NCBI RefSeq assembly: GCF_006345805.1
Contig: NW_021829525.1
Coordinates: 1-5,991, forward strand
Origin: Octopus sinensis
Lineage: Eukaryota
Direction of reading: 5' to 3'
DNA: 5,991 bases
The notes under the pieces are model-generated. The model was not told where the DNA came from and did no database searches. It saw only the letters and a program-made list of their open reading frames with translations. Both the position numbers and the translations under genes were made by a program. The stretch's first letter is position 1. Every line of letters starts with the position of its first letter. Of this stretch, positions 1-5,991 are shown in pieces.

Positions 1-112
1 GAGACGAACGTCTTTCTACGGAAAAGTAAGAAAAAACAAAATGGAGTTAAAATGGAAGTAAGACCGGCGGGCAAACGTGTGAACGCGCAGTCGGCCATAA
101 CTTTCCGACTGG
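1..112 (+). other. possible coding exon end (open frame from the window edge to a splice donor)
   Basis: Frame 1 is open from base 1 (ETNVFLRKSKKKQNGVKMEVRPAGKRVNAQSAITFRL) and ends at a consensus donor TGG|GTGAGT (GT at 113-114). The sequence is non-repetitive. No recognisable protein similarity. Confidence 0.2.
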
Positions 113-289
113 GTGAGTCGAAGTGTGTTCTGCCTGCTTGTCAAAGTACCACTATTATGATTCCCTGGTGGCAGGCTTCTTGCGATAGCAGAAAGTCAAA
201 CAAACGAGGAATGTCTCATTTTCTCATTGCATATTTCAACCTAAATCATTCGACCGATAGATATTTCAATCAAGAATAATATAGGGTGT

Positions 290-373
290 GATGGTGGAGA
301 TGGTGGTGGTGGTGGTGGTGGTGGTGGTGGTGGTGGAGATGGTGGTGATGGTGGTGGTGGTGGTAGTGGTGGT
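290..373. repeat. (GGT)n trinucleotide microsatellite with GAT/GGA/AGT interruptions
   Basis: Direct reading; it produces the poly-Pro of the 241..471 minus ORF. Confidence 0.95.
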
Positions 374-469
374 AGGCGTCTGAGGGAAACAAACAGAAAA
401 TACGTACAACATATTTTCTCTGTAATCATTTCTTCAACAACAGAAACACGTATGACAGCAATAGTAAAC

Positions 470-511
<42 letters not shown>
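470..511. repeat. (AAT)n microsatellite
   Basis: Direct reading, perfect repeat. Confidence 0.97.
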
Positions 512-512
<1 letters not shown>

Positions 513-565
513 ACTACTTCCACTAACCTAGCCCACAAGCTCATCCACACACACCTGCGATGATC

Positions 566-576
566 ATATATATATA

Positions 577-643
<67 letters not shown>

Positions 644-1085
644 ATATATATTATATATGTATATATATAGCGTATGCATATGTATAATATATATGTATAT
701 GTATATATATACATATGAGTATATATATATGTGCGTGTGTATTTATATATTTCCATATATTACATTAGATATATCTTTATATATATACACATATATATAT
801 GCATACACAAATACACACGCGCACATATGAATGTATGCATATATATATATGTATGTATATGTATATATAAATGTATGTATGTATGGATTATGTATGTATG
901 TATGTATGTATGTATGTATGTATGTATGTATGTATGTATGTATATGCTGCACGCATGCTTAGAATGTGATATACACACATAGATACATATCAGTACATAT
1001 TCATACATACGTAGATACAAACCTACGTATGTACATATACAGATATAGATATGCATATATAACACATAGCTATATCTGTACATAC
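566..1085. repeat. compound (AT)n / (ATGT)n / (ATAC)n low-complexity tract
   Basis: Near-perfect (AT)n at 566-639, (ATGT)n at about 872-943, degenerate units between and after. Confidence 0.9.
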
Positions 1086-1244
1086 TTAAGTAGATGCGTG
1101 AGAGGAAATTGAGATATGGCATTCTTTCAAATAAAACGTATACATATTACATTGGCACTTAGATATTCACACTAACAAAAGTGTATACATACATGCATAC
1201 TCACAGACAAGAATAATACATTTTTAAAGGCATTTGTAGGCAGG

Positions 1245-1498
1245 CACACACACACACACGCACACACACATACACACACACACAGTTATATATGATTTTA
1301 TCTGTATAGGTACGCTCTCACAAATACATCCATAATTATATGTGTGTGTGTGTGTGTGTGAGTGTGTAGAGAGAGGGGGAGCAGAGAGAGCGAGAGAGAG
1401 AGTGAGAGACAAACAGACAGAAAGACAGAAACAGACAGAGACAGAAATAGAAAGTGCAGACATTGTTGTGTGTGTGTGTGTGATTGTGTGTGTCTGTC

Positions 1499-1533
<35 letters not shown>

Positions 1534-1577
1534 CTGTCTGTCTGTCCGTCTGTCTGTCTGTCTGTCCGCCTGTCTGT
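1245..1577. repeat. compound microsatellites: (CA)n, (TG)n, (AG)/(GACA)n, (TG)n, (TCTG)n
   Basis: (CA)n 1245-1283, (TG)n about 1339-1366, AG/GACA-rich about 1368-1447, (TG)n about 1467-1493, (TCTG)n with TCCG variants about 1493-1577. Confidence 0.92.
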
Positions 1578-1699
1578 TTGTATACACGCAGTCACATGCA
1601 TCGGAAATTGCTATATACAAGCATTCGGAGATATGCAACACAGTCAAACACAGATACAAACAAACAAACAAAAAATATTCATACATAAATACGTATAGG

Positions 1700-1935
1700 G
1701 GGTTACTTGAGAGAATCGGTTTAACGATAGAAATATGCATTTCTCTAGCTCTCCGCGATGTGAGTTCAAATCCGGTCAAGAGCTATTAACATTTCTTTCT
1801 TCGTGGGTCGATAAGGAATGCGTCCGCTGATTGTTGGTGCTACACCCTCTCCTCCCGACTTCCCCTGCCTCCTTGTGTTGCCGGGTCGTGCTTGGGTGGC
1901 GGTGCTGAAATGGTAACTAAATAAGAGCACCAGTT
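1700..1935 (+). mobile_element. old, diverged tRNA-derived SINE
   Basis: B-box-like GAGTTCAAATCC at 1762-1773, followed by TTTCTTTCTTCGTGGGTCGATAAG. That segment aligns with CCTTTCATCATTTCGGGGTCGATAAA in the SINE at 3345-3565. A short hairpin GGTGCT(1901-1906)/AGCACC(1926-1931) lies near the putative 3' end. Boundaries approximate. Confidence 0.55.
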
Positions 1936-1936
1936 C

Positions 1937-2603
1937 GATAGATAGATACCTTTCTTTATTGGCCACACAGGGCTGGATACAGAGGGGACAATTACAAATG
2001 TAGAGCTTTTCTTTTCGGAGATGGAAAAGGAAAAAGAAGAAAAAAAGGAAACAAATGTAAAATTTCGATCAAAAGGGATGGGAAGAAAAAAAGCGATCAA
2101 AAGGGATCGTGTATCACAGAAAGAAAAAATTACTTTTTTTAAGAGTAAGAAACAAGATTAGGTTCATCCGTGGAAAGAAAAGCCTCCAGAAAAGACCACG
2201 GTAACCTCAGGCAGGGAGGAAATAAACACATGAGAGCAAAGTGCTCTCTCTTTCTCTCTTTTACGATTTACAGGATCATGCTCAAAGTGGTTTCGTCAGT
2301 CGCACGCACCATCTTTGCTACACTCATCCACCATTTTTTAAACGTTCACGAGTCAAAACCTGCCTCTACATTCTCACCTTCCTTTTCAATGGTACTTGAA
2401 AAGTTGATTGGCCAGAGAGGAAAGTGTTTGTCTCTAAACCTTTCGCTCGAGTTCACCACTCACATTCTTTCACTATGTCTACCAGTACGATGCATACTGT
2501 CTTGCGGAGCAATTTTCACGAGAGACTCGGCCGACAAGCGAACTCGTCCCACACGTGACAACAGCCGTTCGGCATAAGCCCACAGGTCCGAAATGGTTGC
2601 ACA
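1937..2603 (-). mobile_element. 5'-truncated non-LTR retrotransposon (L1/Tx1-like LINE): ORF2 C-terminus, 3'UTR and tail
   Basis: The minus strand carries a broken ORF ending at TAA (2270-2268). A pyrimidine-rich 3'UTR follows, ending CCCTGTGTGGCCAATAAAGAAA (AATAAA at 1960-1955) and then (TATC)3. The 3'UTR matches a second copy at 3719-4107. Confidence 0.8.
2268..2603 (-). pseudogene. decayed LINE ORF2 C-terminal fragment (from the last Cys of the presumed CCHC/zf-RVT motif)
   Basis: Stitched translation across frameshifts: CATISDLWAYAERLLSRVGRVRLSAESLVKIAP / IVLVDIVKECEW*TRAKGLETNTFLSGQS / LKRKVRM*RQVLTRE / KWWMSVAKMVRATDETTLSMIL*. The C-x6-W followed later by a W-W-x-R-like motif resembles L1/Tx1 ORF2 ends. 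In-frame stops and frameshifts are present. Confidence 0.7.
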
Positions 2604-3160
2604 CGTGTATGTGCGTGTGTGTCTGTGCCCATGTGTGTATAATTGTGTGCGTGTCTGTATGAGTATTTGTTGGAGGTATATGTGGGAATCTGTGTTGGTG
2701 TGTGTGTGTGTGCGTGTATTATGTGCGTATGTATGTGCGTGTGTGTGTATGTGCATGTGTGTATGTGCATGTGTACATGTGCGTGCGTGTGTATATGTGT
2801 GTGTGAACGTGGAGATGTGTGTCAGGTTGTGTGCGTGTGTGTGAATGTGATGTGTGTCAGGTTGTGTGCATTTTGTTGTGTGTACGCGCGTGTGCTTGAG
2901 TATGTGCGTGTATGTGGTTGTGTGTACGTTTATATGTGTGTGTGTATGTCTAAAGGTATGTGTGTCTGTGTGTGGGGTTGGGTGGGATAGGTTTCTGTAC
3001 AGTCCTGTGTGTGTGTGTGTACGTTTGTATACGTGTGTGTGTACGCGCATATGTTTGTGTACGCGCATGTGTGTGTGTACGCGCATATGTGTGTGTGCGC
3101 ATGGGTGTATGTAGGTGTGTGTATATGTATATGTATGCGCACGCCCGTGTGTGTGTATGC
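2604..3160. repeat. long degenerate (TG)n-rich low-complexity tract with internal minisatellite units
   Basis: TG/TGTA/TGCG units throughout. GATGTGTGTCAGGTTGTGTGC occurs twice (about 2814 and 2849), and GTGTACGCGCAT three times (about 3039-3086). Confidence 0.9.
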
Positions 3161-3265
3161 AAGAAGGAAAAATTGAACTCAAAATATGTTATGTGTATAT
3201 TTTTACTAATATTCAGCAGAGTTAACAGAGTGACTCAAGGTCCGAAAGTTTGATAAGTGCCAACG

Positions 3266-3311
3266 TACGAAACCCCTCGGGCCCTTATACGAAACCCCTC
3301 GGGCCCTTATA
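3266..3311. repeat. perfect 22-bp tandem duplication
   Basis: TACGAAACCCCTCGGGCCCTTA at 3266-3287 and 3288-3309. Confidence 0.95.
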
Positions 3312-3344
3312 TTAATACGCGTGCGTGTGCATGTGTCTATTACA

Positions 3345-3565
3345 TTTTTTTTTTTTCTACTGTAGGCACAAGGCCCGAAATTTTAGGGGAGTGGGAGCCA
3401 GTCAATTAGATCGACCCCAGTACGCACCTGGTACTTAATTTATCGACCCCGAAATGATGAAAGGCAAGGTCAACCTTGGAGGAATTTGAACTCAGAACGT
3501 AAAGAGAGACGAAATATCACTTAGTATTTCCCACGACGTACTAACGTTTCTGCCAGTTCGCCGCC
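3345..3565 (-). mobile_element. full-length tRNA-derived SINE (octopus-type)
   Basis: The minus strand starts GGCGGCGAACTGGCAGAAACGTTAG (A-box-like). It has a B-box GAGTTCAAATTC (3493-3482), a central GCCTTTCATCATTTCGGGGTCGATAAATTAAGTACCAG block, and ends GGCCTTGTGCCTACAGTAG plus poly(A) (T-run 3345-3356). It resembles an abundant octopus SINE as recalled. Confidence 0.88.
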
Positions 3566-3637
3566 TTATCATATTAAATCAAATTATACAGAAGAACTTC
3601 GGTTTACAAACGCCTCTGATCACGAATAAATAGTGCT

Positions 3638-3656
3638 TTATCTATTTCTATATCTT

Positions 3657-3709
<53 letters not shown>
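3638..3709. repeat. (TCTA)n microsatellite
   Basis: Direct reading. Confidence 0.96.
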
Positions 3710-3718
3710 AACAATATT

Positions 3719-4107
3719 GACCAAGGTTACCGTGGTCTTTTTCGTAGGCTTTTCTTCCCACGGATAAACCTTACTTGCTTTCCCCTTTACACCATATATC
3801 ATAACACTGTGATACACGATCCCTATTGATCGTTTTTTTTCCTCTTCCCCTTTTTTCCCCCTTTTTTCTTCTTTTTTTCATTTCTCTCTTCTTTTGTTCT
3901 TTTTCCTTTTCTTCTTTTTTTCTTTTTCTTTTTTTATTTTTTATTTTATTTATTTTGTTCTTTTCTTCCCTTTTACGATCCCTCTTGATCGAAAACCTAC
4001 GCCCCCCCCTTTTTTTTGTTTCTTTCATCCCCCAAAAGAAAAGCTCTACTTTGTAACTTTCCCATCTGTGTGCAGCCCTGTGTGGCCAATAAAGAAACTT
4101 ATCTCTA
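3719..4107 (+). mobile_element. 3'UTR-only copy of the same L1/Tx1-like LINE family, opposite orientation
   Basis: Shares ordered blocks with the reverse complement of 1951-2207: AGGTTACCGTGGTCTTT, AGGCTTTTCTT, CTGTGATACACGATCCC, AAAAGAAAAGCTCTAC, CAGCCCTGTGTGGCCAATAAAGAAA (AATAAA 4088-4093). It has an expanded T/C tract at about 3833-3974. Confidence 0.85.
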
Positions 4108-4317
4108 AATATATATATTAACGAAAGCATACACCCGTCAATCACCATATGTACAGCATACATACTGTCCCCTTCCTATTTAAAAAAAAAAAACTTCCTC
4201 CTTCCATCCAACTTTGACGTCATTGCTTGTAACGGATTATATTAAATAATTAATTGTTACTGTGGAAATCATGTAGGCAGTTATTAAGAAGTTTTTGTCC
4301 GTCTTGAGGCTGATATA

Positions 4318-4420
4318 GGTTCCTTGTATTTCCTGATGAGAAGACGGCATAATGCAACCTTCATTCCTTCAGAATTAAGAGTATGCAGTCTTCGAAACAT
4401 ATGTCGAAAGTAAAGGAATT
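4318..4420 (+). ncRNA. type I hammerhead ribozyme, canonical core
   Basis: Stem I: TTTC(4329-4332)/GAAA(4406-4409) plus TTCCTT(4320-4325)/AAGGAA(4413-4418). Core CTGATGA at 4333-4339. Stem II: GAAGAC(4340-4345)/GTCTTC(4388-4393) plus GCATA/TATGC. GAAA at 4394-4397. Stem III: AC-ATAT-GT. Cleavage triplet GUC, with the cut after 4405. Confidence 0.85.
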
Positions 4421-4580
4421 TTGTTAAAATCTTCGTTCGACTCCATTCTTTTCATTTATTCATATAAAAAAACACACACATTTCCACACACAAACACGGA
4501 GTTCTGACCTTGGCATGTAGCTTCAACCGTGTTTTACTGACGTGAATTTGCTACTCAGGTATCGATTAACCGAATTATCC

Positions 4581-4609
4581 ATACTAGGATAATTCATTCA
4601 CCTACTTAA

Positions 4610-4641
<32 letters not shown>

Positions 4642-4853
4642 AAAGGGCTTAGTAAAATAAATTACTTTGCCACATACTGAACTCATTAGAAATAGTAGCT
4701 AAAAAAACTTTTTTAAAACTATTTCTAATACTTAAGAAAATCTCTCTCATATAGTGTTTGCTCAATTCAACTCACGAAAATTAATTTTACCCTCAATTGT
4801 TTATAAATATATATATATATATATATTTAAGTAGGTGAATGAATTATCCTAGT

Positions 4854-4855
<2 letters not shown>
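4581..4855. repeat. perfect 30-bp inverted repeat (extending inward through (TA)n) enclosing an AT-rich spacer; MITE-like or inverted retroelement terminus
   Basis: ATACTAGGATAATTCATTCACCTACTTAAA (4581-4610) is the exact reverse complement of 4826-4855. Confidence 0.9.
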
Positions 4856-4887
<32 letters not shown>

Positions 4888-4968
4888 GTAATGTAATGTA
4901 TGTATGTATGTATTTATGTATGTTTTAGTTGATAATTGTGTAATGTATGTATGTATGTATGTATGTCT
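4853..4968. repeat. (AT)n / (ATGTA)n / (ATGT)n microsatellite
   Basis: Direct reading. Confidence 0.9.
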
Positions 4969-4979
4969 GTAATGCCATG

Positions 4980-5200
4980 TTAAAAAGCAACAGAAATATC
5001 CAAAAACGTTACTCATAGTTTCCGCTCCGAAACTGTTTCAGTCGAGACAGTTTGATTCAGAATCTAAACAAAACTGTCCGAGGAACGGCAGCGCGAAAAT
5101 CTGAGTAACAGTTTTTGTGTCATTTTTGCTGATTTTTAATAAAGCATGTTACTCTACCTCTGGTATTCGACTACTATTATTTCCACCTTGTTTCTTTATT
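4980..5200. mobile_element. head-to-head inverted pair of putative Penelope-like element termini
   Basis: The reverse complement of 4982-5022 (GAAACTATGAGTAACGTTTTTGGATATTTCTGTTGCTTTTT) resembles 5095-5137 (GAAAATCTGAGTAACAGTTTTTGTGTCATTTTTGCTGATTTTT). The symmetry axis is near GATTC-A-GAATC (5054-5064), and both arms carry hammerhead-like motifs. The family assignment is inference. Confidence 0.5.
5070..5115 (+). ncRNA. variant, partly decayed minimal type I hammerhead ribozyme
   Basis: Stem I: AAAACTGT(5070-5077)/ACAGTTTT(5108-5115). Core CCGAGGA (U4C variant of CUGANGA). Stem II: aCG-GCAG-CGc. GAAA at 5095-5098. Stem III region ATCTGAG. Triplet GUA, with the cut after 5107. Mismatches at the base of stems II and III. 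Confidence 0.6.
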
Positions 5201-5437
5201 TGCGAGCAGAGTTGTTCGAAAACCGAGGTACTACTGTATATATTTACATATGCTACTGTACTTTCAAACTTGCATACTTCTACACGAATACACACACCAC
5301 CCACCACATACAGCCATCTCTAAACACCTGAATGTCACAGACCAGGCGAGATAATCCACCTCGGAATCTCCGAGAATGGTGCATGCAATATTTCGCCATT
5401 ATTGTGGTTTACCAATATCATGTAGTCAGACCGTCTC

Positions 5438-5577
5438 GACCGATTGAGTAAGTGTTAGTTTTTAAAAGAATATAAGTACTATGGTCGATCTGTTCGTTTA
5501 AAAATTCATCAAGGCGGTGCCCCAGCTTGGCCGCAGTGCAATGTCTGAAACAAGTAAAAGATATAAAAAGTAAAAGA
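5438..5577 (+). mobile_element. 3' half of a second SINE family (octopus-type), 5'-truncated
   Basis: GGTCGATCTGTTCG...AAGGCGGTGCCCCAGCTTGGCCGCAGTGCAATGTCTGAAACAAGTAAAAGA followed by an A-rich (TAAAAG) tail and then microsatellites. It matches my recollection of a common octopus SINE 3' end. Confidence 0.7.
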
Positions 5578-5579
5578 TT

Positions 5580-5598
5580 TATACATACATACATAGAC

Positions 5599-5653
<55 letters not shown>

Positions 5654-5792
5654 TAGATATATACATACATACATACATACATACATACATACATACAAAC
5701 ATACATATATATATATGCGTCTGTGCTTGTGTTTTGTGTGTGTGTGTGTGTGTGTACATCTAGTAAATAAGTGTGAGAGAGACAGAGAGAGA
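5580..5792. repeat. compound (ATAC)n/(ATAG)n/(ATAC)n/(TG)n/(AG)n microsatellite
   Basis: (ATAG)n about 5599-5660, (ATAC)n about 5661-5705, (TG)n 5735-5755, AG-rich 5775-5792. Confidence 0.94.
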
Positions 5793-5991
5793 TAAATGGA
5801 AACAATGGACTATTGTCAGAATTACAGGATATGAATTGTATCCAAGTTTCTTCAAACATGCATATAAATATCAACATGGCTGTCTGTGCGAAAATCTGAC
5901 AGTGGTTGTCGTCTGCGTAATTCTGTGTATCTGCATTACGTCCGCCGTTGACGAATTCACTTACGTGCGTTAGCTCACATGTCTGATCTTG

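Noticed and set aside
241-1789. Multiple ORFs (poly-Pro, YI, HTYI, VCLS, TDRQ repeats)
   Set aside because: They are translations of microsatellites that lack stop codons, with no coding signal.
2288-2300. CTGACGAAAC on the minus strand as a hammerhead core
   Set aside because: There is no stem II between CUGACGA and GAAA, and it lies inside LINE coding sequence (TDET).
2170-2577. 135-aa plus-strand ORF
   Set aside because: It is antisense to the decayed LINE ORF2 and 3'UTR, so it is a shadow frame.
2460-3253. His/Thr-rich and Cys/Val-rich ORFs, including the 240-aa minus ORF
   Set aside because: They derive from the (TG)n tract. Only the last part of the 240-aa ORF (from CATISDLW) is LINE-derived.
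3266-3311. CRISPR-like repeat
   Set aside because: Two adjacent copies with no spacer, in a eukaryotic context.
3482-3565. tRNA gene
   Set aside because: A and B boxes are present, but there is no cloverleaf and the sequence continues into a SINE body and poly(A) tail.
3771-4163. Lys/Arg-rich and Phe-rich ORFs
   Set aside because: They are translations of the polypyrimidine tract in the LINE 3'UTR.
5117-5877. Short ORFs at 5117-5331 and 5418-5877
   Set aside because: They overlap repeat, SINE and microsatellite sequence and have low complexity.
5773-5973. 66-aa ORF with a hydrophobic stretch (VVVVCVILCICI)
   Set aside because: It starts at a GTG inside an AG repeat, is short, and has no recognisable homology or convincing splice acceptor.

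Overview
AT-rich, microsatellite-dense eukaryotic non-coding DNA. The SINE and LINE sequences resemble octopus/cephalopod repeats, recognised from memory rather than by search. No intact protein-coding gene is supported, and nearly all listed ORFs are simple-repeat translations. Contents: a 5'-truncated, decayed L1/Tx1-type LINE (ORF2 C-terminus plus 3'UTR, minus strand, 1937-2603); a second 3'UTR-only copy of the same family in opposite orientation (3719-4107); a full-length tRNA-derived SINE (3345-3565, minus); and two further SINE remnants. The highlight is a cluster of type I hammerhead ribozyme motifs. One has a complete canonical core and a palindromic minimal stem III (4318-4420). A head-to-head pair of variant or decayed motifs lies at 5001-5115, and a perfect 30-bp inverted repeat (4581-4855) lies between the canonical motif and that pair. 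This arrangement suggests termini of Penelope-like retroelements or retrozymes inserted in (TA)n/(ATGT)n tracts.
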